A DNA stretch of 64,000 bases, taken from contig MNCI01000651.1 of assembly GCA_015680685.1 (NCBI GenBank), forward strand, positions 1,479,832-1,543,831, written 5' to 3'. Position numbers and translations under genes: made by a program. Under the pieces are notes generated by a model. It made no database searches. It was not told where the DNA came from and saw only the letters and a program-made list of their open reading frames with translations. Source of the stretch: Gnetum montanum. Taxonomy: Eukaryota > Plantae > Gnetophyta. Shown here piece after piece: positions 1 through 13,699 of the stretch (positions within the stretch are counted from its first letter, which is position 1; the number at the start of each line of letters is the position of its first letter).

Positions 1-341
1 GGAGAGCATGAAGTGGTCAGTGTTGCGGCTATAGTTCTAGAATGGGTGGTTCTAAGAGAGAGACGACATGAATGTAATCGGCCATGAAGTTATCAAGCAG
101 TGCGTAACTGTGATCGTGTATGTAGAAATAGCTCACCATCATCACCATGTTGAATGGTAGAAAATAGATGTGAGCTTGCATTGGATCTTTGATCAAGAAA
201 GAGTTGTTTCCTAGCTCCATCTCATGGATGAAGTGATCTTTTGTTGTATATATGTTCTTGCATGACTTGTTGTGTAGCTACAAAGGCTCTCCTTCCTCAT
301 AAATATATATCTTAAACTACTTCTTGATCTCCTTGTAACTC
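1..341 (-). pseudogene. Exostosin-family (GT47) glycosyltransferase exon, decayed (in-frame stops, frameshift); continues off the left edge
   Basis: Minus-strand translation after an AG acceptor (343-342): (R)SYKEIKK*FKIYIYEEGEPL*LHNKSCKNIYTTKDHFIHEMELGNNSFLIKDPMQAHIYFLPF...FMADYIHVVS...F*NYSRNTDHFMLS, matching the plant exostosin motifs RSYxEMEKxFKIYVYxEGEPPLFHxGPCKxIY, DPxxAHxYFLPF and FWNRSxGADHFMLS. Confidence 0.85.
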
Positions 342-1260
342 CTATAAATTTTAATCCATTGTAAGAAACACACACCACCCATAGAAACTATGCTTTCCTA
401 GAGAGGCCATTGGAAAAAGTTTTCAATGGAACAAGATAAATCACATCACCTATAAAAGCTAAACTAGGCTAGAAATGCCAATAAAAAATTTCTCAATGTG
501 GATAATATGAAAGATGACGAGCCAAAAAAGAAGATCCTCCTATTTCTCATTTCTCTTTAACAATATTTCCTAATCATACCTCTTTCTACTCTACTCCCTT
601 CACTATACCTATCAATGCTAATGATATTGAGAGCAAGCATTTTTATAATCTATTTTTGAATAATGATGTAAGCAATCCTCACTTCTTTTTCATGAGAATC
701 CCACTCCCATGCCTACTACATTAGTCCCTTTAAATGAACATTAGATACAAGATATCTTTGAAGTAGTAGCAAATGACTACATCCAAAAGAAGATCTCTTA
801 TTCCAAACCTATATCTCTAAATGATGTTCTTCAAGCTACCAGATGAATTGAAGAAACTGCTCTTCAACTTGGACACCTTGAGTTCTTATCCATCAGGAAC
901 CAAGGATCATAAGCATTTAAACAAGAGAAGTCATCTTAGTCACAAACCATGCTAGCAATATTCCTTTATCTCCAAGCTACAATAGTCATAGTAGTTTCTC
1001 CTATCACTTCCGCTCCACAATTCCATTCTGAATCAAGTTAAACTATACCTCTTATAGCCACTCTAACAATAAGTAATGGTTAAAAACATTCTCCATAATG
1101 AAGGACTCCAAAGGACAAGTCTAAATATTTTATGTTTCCCATAAAATACTCTATTATTTTTAAATATTTACATAATAAATAGAGAATATAATGAAAGCAA
1201 ATATTAGATTAGATAAGAGCTAGATTTAGATGTATAAAGATCATTACTATGGATCCTTCC

Positions 1261-2128
1261 TAATGAGTAGTGAGTATACCCTATGCCTAACCATACGAAT
1301 TACAAGCATTCATGCACAATCTGGTTGAATTCTATAGATCTTAAGTTTCCATGTACACTGGTTCTAGGAAGTGAAATCTAATGATGACATTTGTTGTCTT
1401 CCCAAATACACTTGTGGCGCTTAGTTGTATGGTTAAATGTAATTGAGGTAGATGATTTTTATTATTTTATATTTTATTCGCCTATGATTAATAACAAGTT
1501 GAAACTTAATTTATGAACCAATGTAACTAATATGATTGCTAATTAATAATTAACTATCCTAACATAAGCATCTGGTCCCACTTCCTATACACATCTTGAA
1601 CGCATACAACACTATTATATTACCAAGCATTAAGCACTACTAGGATTACCAAGTGTCATATGTTACGCTTGAAGCAGTTGCACTTATGTGTTCAATTTAT
1701 TTAGCTTAATTAATTAATCAATTAAAGTTTAGTTTAGCTTAATTAATTACATAATTAATGTAAATAGTAAATGTAGAAATAAATCATTAATCTATTCCAA
1801 GTGCTACAATGTATGATCAAAAGGCTCGTCTTTATTACCATTCACATTAGTGTGCTCAGGTACATCAGTGCTCGAATAAAGATCTATACACTTTCTAACT
1901 CCTACTACAGGCACTTAGAAAAATATTCTAACTCTCAAATGATAAAACTGCAAGAGCTCTGCTACAACTATGACAAGACATATGTCCAAACTGTGTGCCC
2001 AAGCACTATATTTATAGGTTGACACACATCTTACAATATTAGATATACAACATCTCTTCTTGGGTCCTAATTTTGGGCATCCAATATTAGGGCTTTGATA
2101 TTGGAGCTAGGCAAAATATAGTTCATCA
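1261..2128 (-). repeat. 3' LTR of element A (~868 bp)
   Basis: Aligns along its length with 10318-11184; plus-strand ends TAATGAG (decayed TGATGAG)...TTCATCA. Confidence 0.9.
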
Positions 2129-4076
2129 TATCCACATGATAAAATGAAAACTTGTTCTTGAGTAAAGAAAAGGAGGAACAAGTCCCTTACAAAATATTAG
2201 GAAGGTATGGGATTATTAATTGACATGTAAACTAAGTCAGATGAAAAGATATATTCTAAGTGCCCAAGTGTATGAATTTATAATCTTTTACAAAATTGGG
2301 TGTTCATGATAATAGAATTGAACACCTTGGCCAAAATTGACATCCAACTCCTCTGGCAGCTGAAAAGTGAGGGAAAAGATTCAATGATCATGAAGGATCC
2401 TTGTTGCATGGTGTTGTTGCTTATTCTTTGGTGAAGATAGTCCTACTTCTAGTCCACATTTTCCATTGCAATCATAATAAAATCATAGATTAGTGTGCAA
2501 TGTGTAATGTATAGCTTTTAGGTACCTTGTCTCATCGATAGTTACACTTGGCTAGGTTGTGATTATGGTGGACTGATTCCTTTAATAGTGTTAGTGAGAA
2601 GACTAAAAAATATGGTGAGATGAATAAGCGATCCATTATTAAATTCTGAAAAGTCCAAACGTGATGAAATGCTTGAAGAGGGTTAAAGAATTCACAACAA
2701 TAAAAAGAGAATTTCACTGAAAAACATTGTGAAGATGCTCACATGTCATTAATAGAGCACACAAAAGGATTTGATTGTGAGAATGTCTAAAGATAAATAA
2801 CTTAACTAACCCAACCAAAAGGTATGCAAGTGGGTCCTTCCCAAAGCAAGCACATGCCCTTTTTTGTCCTTGCATAACCTCAAACCAAGGAGTCCATGGG
2901 CCCCATGGATGATTAATGGTTATTGACAGTTAAGCATGAAAACCCAGAAGAAACTACCCAAGAATTTTGACACATCAAACCAAGACATTGAATAAGAACA
3001 TGAACACTGGTAGTGAGGTGAGGCATGGAAAGCATAGATGGATGAGAGAGAAAGAAGAATGGAGTTTTTGTTTAAGGTTACATGAAGTCCCTTATGAATT
3101 TTTTGGTTAAGTAACATGATAAAATCCATCCTAAGTCTAGACCAAAACCAACTCCTTTCAGTGACTTTGCATCACCACTCCAAGATCGATCCATCCCCTT
3201 GAGACACTAGAGTGCTCCCACAAAACAACCACCATTCCTTACTTTAAGAAGAAAAGAGAAGCAAGAAGTGAGAGAGGGCCTTAGTTAGAGGGGACCTTTA
3301 GGCATGGTAACATATCTTTGTAGTTCCATAATTAGTTCTTGTAGCCCATTTATTTGTCTAAGGGGTGTGCTTTGAATTTCCATTGTGTGTTTTTTTTTTG
3401 AACTAGGAACCACACCATGCAAAGACTTATTCAACTTCATGTTATTGGTCGACATGAAACAGTAAGAAATCCATGAAAACAAACATGAAACTAAGGAAGC
3501 AAAATGGCAAAAAGAGTACCGAGTCCCCTTGAAGTCACACCCTGTTCAAACCTTTGAATCCTTTCCAAGTTTGGAAACTACCAAGGTCACAAGTTCATTA
3601 AAGTTTTATTAATGAAAAAGGGACCTCGTACTTCCAAAACAAAGAAAACCATAGAGTCTATGGATCGGTGGATGTCATGGACTTACTACCTATTTCATGG
3701 AAAAGAAACCATATCTTAGTTATTTGTAACAAAATTTAAATCTAGAATCCAGATGCCAACAATCAAATAACCAAATAGCACATGCCCACATTAAACAAAC
3801 CACAATGTACCCAGTTGGCAATAAGGCACATTATTATTAAAACACAATAAGAAAATCACACCAAAATAAAAAATATATATAAGAAATTGTAAAACATTTA
3901 AGAAAAATGAAGCATACTAATGATGTTGCAAAACAAAAATTGGAAAAAATTAATAACATAAAAACAAAAAGGTGTAAGATAAAGAAGGTGTAACATAAAA
4001 AGTTGTAAAAATAACAAGGTGTAAAATAAAAATGTGTAAAATAAATAGATGAAAAACTAATGAGCCACTTATATAG

Positions 4077-7000
4077 TTAGCATGGATGGTCATCTCCCCA
4101 ATGACTAAGTTGAAAGGAGGAGATCCAAAAAATTAAGTGTGGTTATACATTCGATGAGGTGTTTGTTGCACTGGCTTGCTTAGGCTTGTAGAAAGGTTTG
4201 ACTTGTTGTGTGTTGACTAGTTGCTTATTGTTTGAGCTCTCAGGTTTGTAGATCAACATGGCCCCAAAAGGAAAAGTTTCTTAAATAATATAATCTCCTT
4301 TCCAAAACATCTGGAACTTAGTTCGTTGAGGTATGTATGTGGGGTTTCAGTAGAGGACCTTATCTCCCAGTTGAAATTTGACGTTCCTAATTCTAAGGTC
4401 ATGGCATTTTTTGTTAAATGCCTTGTGCAACTCATTATATGATAGGGCCACCAATTGATTTTTGTCTAGCAGGTTGAGATTCATTAATCTTTCTTTTTAT
4501 GCTAGACTTAAGTCAAGGTCAAGATCATAGGCTATTGAAAGTGTATAGAGCTTGGGTTGAATAGGAAGAGTTGATAATTTTCTGTATATGAACTCATAGG
4601 GAGAGTAGCCTATAGGAAGCTTCCAGGTGGAGTGGTAGGCCCAAAGGGCATTGTTGAGTTTCATGCTCCAATCCCTCCTATATTTGCTAACTATTCTTGT
4701 TAAGTTCTTAGTGATTTCCTTAATTATGACCTTAGCTTGACCATTGGCTTGGTGATGATAAAGTGTTATTAATTTATGCTCAACCCCCAAGCGCTGCATG
4801 AGCTTCCAAAAGGTAGTGCCTATAAATTGGGTTTCATTATTAGAAATTAATGCATGTGGCACACATAACTTGTTTACAACATTTTTTTTTGTACAAACTG
4901 AGTAGCAGTAGAAGATGTACAATCAATGATATCTATTGCTTCTGCCTATTTTATACAATAGTCAATAGCGATTATGATGTATGTCTTTTCATTTGACATG
5001 GGCATGATGGGACCCATGAAGTTAATGCCTCAAATGTCAAAGGGTTTCAATGGTTAAATCCATTGCTGAGCTCCCTCCATTTGAGCAGTCACTCCACCAT
5101 CTTGTTGGCAATGTTCACAAGAGTGGACAAATTGGTGAGCATCCCTAAAAAGTGTTGGTCAATAATACCTTTCCATCAAGATTTTAATGGTCATGCATCT
5201 ACCAGCATAGTGGCCCCCACAAGAACCCTCATAAACATCCTAGAGAACACGCTATTGATCAGCATCAAGGACACACCAACGAACCAGGCCATCGGTGCAC
5301 AACTTGTAGAGGTGTCCATTGATGTCCATGAAGCCTTTCACCTAGTGAAGAAACTATTGTTTCTTTTAGTGGTTCAACCCTTGTGGCATCTTTTAAGTGA
5401 GAAGATCGGTGAGAATGCCATCGTACCATTTAGGCTTAGTGAGCAATTATTCAGTTATAGCCCTAGAAAAGAGGAGTTCATTAGGAAATTGATCAAATAG
5501 TGGGCTTTCCACCTCTTTGTTGACCCATTACAACTGAGACAAGTGGTTAGTGAACACATTCTCAGTTCCCTTTTGATCTACCATTATGAGATCAAATTCC
5601 TGTAAGATCACTAGCCACTATATAACATGGGGCCTTACCGTTGGCTTGATCATGAGGAAGCAAATGACAATGTGGTCTGTGTGAACAAACACTTTTTATC
5701 CAAGCACATAATGCCTAAAATTCTCTAGAGAAAAAACCACTACCATAAATTATTTTTTTGTGGTGGTATAGTTTAGTTGTGCACCTACAATGCTTCAACT
5801 TGGGTAGTGGATGTAATATGGATGTTTCTTTTCATCCAACTACATAAGTATAGCCCCCAAGGATTAATTTGATGCATCTTTCATGATATGAAATGGTTTG
5901 GACCAATTAGGTGCTCATAGAATTGGACTCTCTACGAGCTTCTACTTGAAGCTTTGGAATGCCTTTTTAAATTCCATGGTCCAAATGAAGGGAGCATATT
6001 TCTTTGTTAGCTCTCTTAGAAATTCTCTATAAATCACTAGTAGTAGATAGTGTGTCCAAGGAATGACTGAACATCTTTGATGGTTTTTGGTTAATAGGTG
6101 ATTCCTTGGATGATCCTTATTTATTTGGGGTCTACCTCGATCCCTTCCTATGAAATTTTGTGCCCCAATACAATGCCCTCCCTGACCATTAGATAACTCT
6201 TTTTCCAATTAAGCCAAAGATTAGTCTCCACACATCTTTTGAGTACTTGCTCAAGGTGATCCAGGGCTTGCTCAAATAGCTCCATAGGTGAAGAAGTCAT
6301 CCATGAAGACTTCCATCCCACTATCGATCTATTGCTAAAAAATACTTAAAACCTAGCATTTGAATGTAGTAGGGACATTGCATAGGCCAAATGGCATCTT
6401 TCAATATGCAAAAGTTCTTAAGGGACTCATAAATGTTGTTTTGGCCTAATCCTCTAGCATGATCTGGATTTAGTTATAGCCACTATAATCATATAAAAAC
6501 CTATAATAGCAATGCCTAGATATGGTGTCCAACACCTGATCAATGAATGATAATGAAAAATGATCTTTGAATGTTACCATCTTTAATAACAAAAAATTGA
6601 TGCAAACCCACCACTTGCAACCTTTCATTGGCATAATCACAAGTGAACTAACCCACTCACTATTCAAAATGGAATAGATAAACCTTACCTTGAGCAATTT
6701 TTCAATTTTCTCTTTAACAAGCTACTTCAATTTGGGGTTTAATTGCTACTGCAACTCTCTTTAGATTCATGGCTAAATCAATGTAGATATGATGTTGGCA
6801 TATCTTAGGGTCAATCCCTGTAGTTTAAGATATGACCAAGAAAATACTGTTGACCATTTATTGATCACATATAATAGCATCTATTTCTGTTCAAGAGTAA
6901 GACTTTCATTGATTATTATTGGCTTCCCATTTTTCAAGAATGCATATTCCATGTTGACAAGTAGAGTTTTTAACTCAAGGGGCTCTTGTTTAAAATTTTT

Positions 7001-10000
7001 AGGAATTTCCAACTCTCCCTAATAGGTATCATCATTTGCATTATTAGAGAGTTTGTGATGAACTTGATCCAATTCATCCATGCTTGCAACATAAGTACAT
7101 GTCAAGCTCTTAGTAGGTTCCATGCACATTATGCTATTGTCAGAATCAACTGTCAGCCACTGGGTTCCCTCTTATTTCATGGTTGTTGTGTATAGACACA
7201 TTTTAATATCTATTTCATGTGCACATTACCTACATGTAGAAATAGATGATCATTTCATGGACCAAAGTTTTTGCATGCAATCACACCTTATATCATTGTA
7301 CACGATGCATGAAACTCACTTCTTCTTGATCTTTTTGAATGCATTTTTCATAGATATTTCTAGTGAATGATCTCTGATGCCCATTCTTGGATGAATAGTG
7401 CTTAGGCATGCCCTTTCCATAATGATTGAAAAACCCTCTTTGTAGTTCTCAACATTAATTACTAGGAAATCAGTAGGATAAGATCACTCATAGATGGTGG
7501 TCACAATGTCTTATACCAATTCCAATGGAATAGTAATGGACTAATCTTTCAATTCTAATTGGATATTACTCTTATTGAGAGGTGGTAGGTTCCAAGTAGC
7601 ATACATCTCATGAGAACTCAAGTTAATACTAGAACTTAAATCAAGAAGAGCTTTACATGGTTCATTTCCAGTAATCCGTAAATAGATAAGAGAACTTCCA
7701 AGATTAGCTAATTTCTTGAAAAGGTTGCTAGCCTAGATCTAATCAAATATATCATGAGTGAGCATAACAGTATGGATTTTAGACAACATTTGGTCTGAAG
7801 GGAACCCGATTGAATGGTTTGTACAGGATGAGGTAGGAGTAGGATGACTAGTCTCCTGAGTATGTGAGGGCTTAGGAGGGCTTTTGGGTTAAAAGAATGG
7901 TCTTTTATGGGCATGGGGTTCCAAACCACTCAGATGATGAATTGGTTGTAGATTGATAGCCCTAGTAGTGTTGCATTGCTACAACTAGGCTAAAAGTTCA
8001 TCCTACATGGATGGAGCAAGTGGTAGTTGCATTAAGGGTAGAGGAACATGTGCAAGAATAGGAGGAGGATAAGGATAGAATGCAGTATCCCTCCTAGAAT
8101 GTGGAGAATGAGCTCTATAGTATTTGGGAGGGTCGTAGTAATGTTGGAAAGGAGAAACATGACTAGAAGAGTCATGTGGAGACAAGGATTGCTNNNNNNN
8201 NNNNNNNNTGAGATTAGCTTGATGATAAGGCAATCTTCTAGGTGTTTGTCTTTTTGCTAATCATGGATTCAAAGCATACATCCCAAACTCTTGTAAGTGT
8301 GACATGATGGGGTAACATCCCTTAGGATGTTCATATTGGCAAATCTCACACCCATCACCATCATCCAATTTAGTTTTTGTAACTTCCTCTACTATAGAAA
8401 TCTTGCCCTTACCTCTTTGATTGGCACATTTAGCTTCCTTTCACCTCCTGTGGTAACAATCACTACCTTGTTCTTTGAACTCTTTAGCAATTTTCAAAAC
8501 AACTTGAAATTTTCTATCCATAGAGTCCCATAACTAGTCTACCTTAGCTGAAATTTCAAAGGTAAATTTTTGAATCAGTAAGGTTTTCTGGTTCACCACC
8601 TCATCAAGTGATGATTTCTTTTCACTGTCAAAAAATCAAACCTTCCTCTTGTAAATGGAAGGATATTGGTTGTATTCTTCTACACTTTTGTGTTTCCTTA
8701 ACTCTCCTTATTCTTTTACTACTTACTTGATTAGCCTTTGGATCTGATGGACTCTTAATTCTAACAATCTTCCTTGGGCCTAGATCCCAAGAGTTCTCCT
8801 TGTTTCAGAGTGAAGCCCATCTATGATGTGGCAAAGTTGTTCCTACTGAGAGTAAACATGGCCAGGGCATCAATGTAATAAGGAATAATATCTATCCATG
8901 ATAGCATCCAAGGACTCATGTGTTTCTTGCTTCAAACCCTAGATTTGCCTTCTCAGATTGGACACTTAGGAGTACGTTTGATACTTGTCATTGAATAGTT
9001 CGAGCATCATACTCCATCTATGGATTGATTCTGGCTCTAAGGACTAGTACCAACTTTCTACTTTCTTAATTAATATCCTTGGGAATAGCTTAAGCTTTTG
9101 CCAATTTTTCTTCACATTTTGCAAGGCACATGCAGCATGAAAGGCTTGAAGATGGTTTTGAGGATCTAAGTTATATCCCCCTTCAAATTTGAGGATATTG
9201 TTCATGTCTAGCCTCTTAATTCAAATATCCTTTATGTGCCTTGTAGGAACTCTCACTACCTTTGCAATGTTTAGCATGGTTTGGGTGATGAACAAAAGCT
9301 CATCATGGCCATGATCCTGGTGCCTATGATGCCCTTGGCTATCCCTTTATTCATGGTGATGAGCCTCTCTTGAATGCTTGCACCCTAAATCTTGACATAC
9401 CCAATGGTTCCTACAATCATCTTGGTTTTGTCAGTTACCTCTATCATGATCGTGCCCCCTACGATTGTGTTCAAAGCCAAAAGAGGAAGAAGATGATGAC
9501 GAAGATGAAGAGGAAGAACAACTAGCATCATCACGATGCTTGCCCCATCCTCTTCAGTGGTTGTGGTCACAATGATGATCATGCTGCTTGCCTGCATCCC
9601 TACCATGACTCTCCTTCTTAGATCCCCTTTTGTCATGTGATTCGTTCTTACCAGAATCAAGATTATGTATCATGGACTGTAAGGTCTAGTTTTGACCTCC
9701 TTCACCAAAGTCAAAGAGAGGAGTCTCTCTATATGGAAAATCCCCAGAGAAGGGTTCTCCACCATCTCTTTGATACATCAAGAATGAAGAATCATTGGAC
9801 CACTTCCCCTTCACAAATTCATAGCACTGCTCTAGTTGTTGATCCCTTAGGTGTTGTGCATTGGTGGGATGATAATTCCTAGCATTGCTATCCTACACAA
9901 CATATTCAGCATGAAGCCCTTGGATGCCCAATCACATAACAGTTTGGTGGAGCATCGTAGGAATGGATCGATTGGGCAGTAACACAATGCTATTCTCCAT

Positions 10001-10156
10001 GTCTCACCATTGCAATAGTTCATCTTGGTGTAGGATGAAGGTGAAATTAGGTACATATTGATCAAGATGAGCATATACCACTCTGTATTGCTAGGGCACC
10101 TACTAATTTACTTTTTCAGACTTGGATGGAGAACCACTCCTATGAGAAGAAGACAT
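4077..10156 (-). pseudogene. Degenerate gag-pol of element A (gag, aspartic protease, RT, RNase H, integrase)
   Basis: ORF fragments: SEWVSSLVIMPMKGCKWWVCINF...KDHFSLSFIDQVLD (RT), YHHQANGQAKV...ALWAYHSTWKLPIGYSPY (integrase); colinear with element B gag-pol; many stops and frameshifts. Confidence 0.9.
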
Positions 10157-10298
10157 CTTGTATTAGAAGACAAAATGCAATGTGTTTTCTTAGAATTATT
10201 GTAGTTATTTTAATGTATGATATGACCGTAGGGTTTATTTCAATGAAGTTAAATAATTTTTCACTAAATCCTAGATAGTGCACGTAACAAACTAAAGG

Positions 10299-10316
10299 TC
10301 CCTAGCAACATCACCA
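10299..10316 (-). promoter_or_regulatory. Primer-binding site, tRNA-Asp type (decayed)
   Basis: Minus strand TGGTGATGTTGCTAGGGA versus the Athila consensus TGGCGCCGTTGCCGGGGA (complement of plant tRNA-Asp 3' end); directly abuts LTR. Confidence 0.75.
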
Positions 10317-10317
10317 A

Positions 10318-11184
10318 TGATGAGCAACAAGGATACCCTATGCCCAACCATATGAATTACAAGTGTTCATGCATAATCTAGTTGAATTCTGTAGACCTGA
10401 AGTGACCAGATACTATGGTTCTACAAAGTGAAATCTAATCATGATGATCGTTGTCTTTCCAACTACACTTGTGGAGCTCAGTTGTATGGTTAAGTGTAAT
10501 TGAGATACACGATTTTTATTATTTTATATTTTATTCACCTATGATTAATAACAAGTTGAATCTTAATTTATGAACTAATTTAATTGATCTTATTGCTAAT
10601 TAATAACTAACTATCCTAACATAAGCATCCACTCCCACTTGCCATGCACATCTTGAGCACATATAATGCTACTAGATTACCAAATGGTAAGCATTGCTAG
10701 GATTACCAAGCACCATGTGCATGGTAGAAAGGATTGTACTTATGTGTTTAATTTATTCAGCTTAATTAATTAATCAATTGAATTCTAGTTTAGCTTAATT
10801 AATTTCATAATTAGTGAAAATAGTAAATGTAGAAATAAATCATTAATCTATTCCAACTGCTACAAGGTTTGATCAGAAGGCTCATATTTATTGTCGTTCA
10901 CACTAGCGTGCTCAGGTACATCAATACTCGAATAAAGATCCATATACTTTTTGACTCCTACTATGGACACTTAGAAAAATATTCTAACTCTCAAATGACA
11001 AAATTGCAAGAGCTCTACTGCAACTATGATAAGACATATGCCCAAACTGTGTGCCCAAGCACTATATTTATAGGCTAACATACATCCCGTGATATCAAAT
11101 ATCTGACATTGCTTCTTGGGCCCCAATATCAGGTATCTGATATCAAGGATCTAATAATGAAGCCAGGTAAAATATGATTCATCA
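10318..11184 (-). repeat. 5' LTR of element A (~867 bp)
   Basis: TGATGAG...TTCATCA termini; followed on the minus strand by the PBS; TATA-like TATAAATA on minus at ~11064-11073. Confidence 0.9.
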
Positions 11185-11689
11185 CTTCCCAATGCATCAA
11201 GGGTGATCTTGGAGTGTCAAACTAGTATGATTTTTAAAATTTTTGGTATTATCATCAAACAATTGACCATTACATAAGCAACTATAATTCTCTCAAGGAT
11301 GATATACAAGATATGGTATCATGAGAGAAGAGAGTCTTCAACTTGCTAACATAGCTAGAAAATTAGGAGTTGCAAAATTTGCAAGATTGTTTAAGGACTA
11401 AGAATTTCATCTCTACTTTTAGGTTCAAGGGTCCTAAATAAGATGTTTGGGGGGTGGGGTGGGGGAGAGGGAAGGACAGCTAGACCAAATCAAGCTTTTG
11501 CATCATGTGAAGTATCACAAGCCATATTCCCTTGAGATCCTTCTTTTCCTTGTCCATCTAGATATTTGTATGTTATTGACTTAATACCATATTGAGATTC
11601 CCTTACATCTACTCCTATTAATCTTATGCCCATCATACTCCTATTACTTTAGTTTGTCCATGGACACCAAATTTGCAAGATTCTTTCTA

Positions 11690-13450
11690 AGTGTCAAGAT
11701 AGTAGCTACAAATTCTAAATGCCAAGACTATGCTCTCCACTGCTGGGACTACGCTCCAGAGCATAGTCAACACAGAAATGACCAATTTTGCAAATTTTCC
11801 TAAGTGTCACGCTAGTGGTTGCAAAGTGCAGTTAGCATGGAAGAAACAGTTTGGAAACAATTTTAAGTGCTGGGACTACACTTCCTACTATGCTCTAGAG
11901 TGTAGTTAGTGTAGTCTACATGAGGACACTAGTTTTGCAAAATTTTCTAACTGTTGAGGCTACGCTCTAGAGCATAGTCAAGCATAATCATGCAGAACAG
12001 CCTCTAGAGGCCTCTAGGATGCAACACCAGCATTCATCTCAGCTCTGACACACCTCCAACAAGCAGAATCAGCAAATTTCATCCTTTTTGCATCCCCCAT
12101 TTGTCCCAAAATTGCACCTATGCTCAACACCACTTGAGACATTGGACAACATAGTCCTAGAGTGTAGTCTCCAAAAGTTGCATTTTTTGCATTTTTTTCA
12201 AGTACATTGTGGTCTTTTTGGACACATGAATAGGTAGTTGGTAGTGTAGTCACAGTCTGGTAGTCTCGCAGAGTCCATTGGAGCACACCAAAGCCTAACA
12301 TTATTTACTTTAGTAGAGAGAAAAGTTGGGTGCAGCATAGTCCCAATTGTCTCTCTACCACATAACAGCAGATCCGCAATTCATACCATAACACTCTACA
12401 TTTTAGGGGTTGATATTTTTGGTTGGCATTTTGAGCATTCAGTTGGCAAATTTAAAAGTTGGCATTCTTGGCATTTGTCATTCTTGAAAGCATGTTTGAC
12501 ATTTTAGTGAGGCAAAGCACTTACACACCATCGGGGCTTGTCTCAAGGTACTGCAACCATTGCAAATCATTACACCCATGTAGTGGCCAACCCAGCAAGC
12601 ATAGACACAATAGCAGACTCTAGTTTTTCATGGCCAAACACCTCCAAACTATGGCTATGATGACCACTACACTCATTGTAAACTACATACCTTCTCACTC
12701 TCTTTGCAGTTAACTACGCTCTACCCCATTTGGGGTGGTGCCACCTTTTCTCTCGCTCTCTCCCTACATAATTTTTAGCATTTATTTGCATTTTGGCATT
12801 TTACTTGCAATTTTTGCAATTTTTACACAAACTCATTCATTGAAACCTCTATCTTTGGGGAAAATACCTTAACTATGCTCACCCCTGTTGACATCATTAA
12901 TGTTGCAAACATCACACAAGCACTTACAACGTTATGGCATTGCATTTTGTAAGTTCTTGTTTGATTGACAAAACCATTTAGGGCACCCCATCTCAGCCTC
13001 AAACATACCCTCACATAAAGACAAGGTTAAGCTGTATCCACCATGAGCCTCTTGGTGTTTCCTTCTAGTCACCAACATTTTCAGTCACTACAGTTTTCTA
13101 GTGCTAGAAGGAGGGCTGTGCCATTTTCTTCTTTGCACTTCATTGGTTGTCTTCTTGTGAGCTCTCTCCACCATCATTGCTAGCTCCAAGATAGTGTAGA
13201 TCCAACATCCCTATGGACCTGACATGGTAGTAGCTGGATCTTAGGCCAGTGTAGGCATTATCTACAAACCAGTTGGTGTAGATTGGACCTCGTCATCAAT
13301 TCCCCTAGAACCTTACGTAGCAACTTCAGAGCATACGTCCTACACTTTGCCAAATTCTAGGCATTCTCAGTAGAGCATAGCTAGCTCTATGTATAGAGTG
13401 TAGTTGGCTCTTAGCATAGAGAGCATAGTTCTAGAGTTAGCTAATTTTTT
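11690..13450. repeat. Degenerate CTACGCTCTAGAGCATAGTC-type repeat region, probably LTR/5' leader of the Tat-like element
   Basis: Recurring variants of actacgctc(c/t)agagcatagtc and related motifs at ~11750, 11890, 11960, 12160, 13370-13430; lies directly upstream of the gag remnant. Termini not established. Confidence 0.45.
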
Positions 13451-13699
13451 TGTACTTTCCAGAGTTAGTCATTTTTCTGTAGTTTTCAAACTTAGCCATT
13501 TTTAGACTTAGCTTTTTTGCATTTTTTAGAGTTAGCCATTTCTTTTTCTACCATTTCACAGAGTTAGCCATTTTTCCTTTCTTTGAAATTAGTAGCCTTT
13601 ACATTTTCCCTTTGCATCATGAACTCTTAGTAGCCTTCAACCTCTATTCTAAGCACACTCGTGGCCTTGCCCACCCAATAGGAAAATCATATCGACCAC

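Larger units (their letters stand above)
1261..11184 (-). mobile_element. Old full-length Ty3/gypsy LTR retrotransposon, Athila-like (element A)
   Basis: Direct-repeat LTRs 1261-2128 and 10318-11184, identical 5-bp TSD CTTCC on both sides (1256-1260, 11185-11189), tRNA-Asp-type PBS next to the right LTR, degenerate gag-PR-RT-RH-INT on the minus strand. Confidence 0.93.

Noticed and set aside
660-840. Possible copia gag N-terminal remnant (SNPHFF.HENP...)
   Set aside because: Too short and decayed to support.
5063-5500. Plus-strand ORFs overlapping pol (also 36433-38780, 40164-40656)
   Set aside because: Antisense shadows of retrotransposon coding frames.
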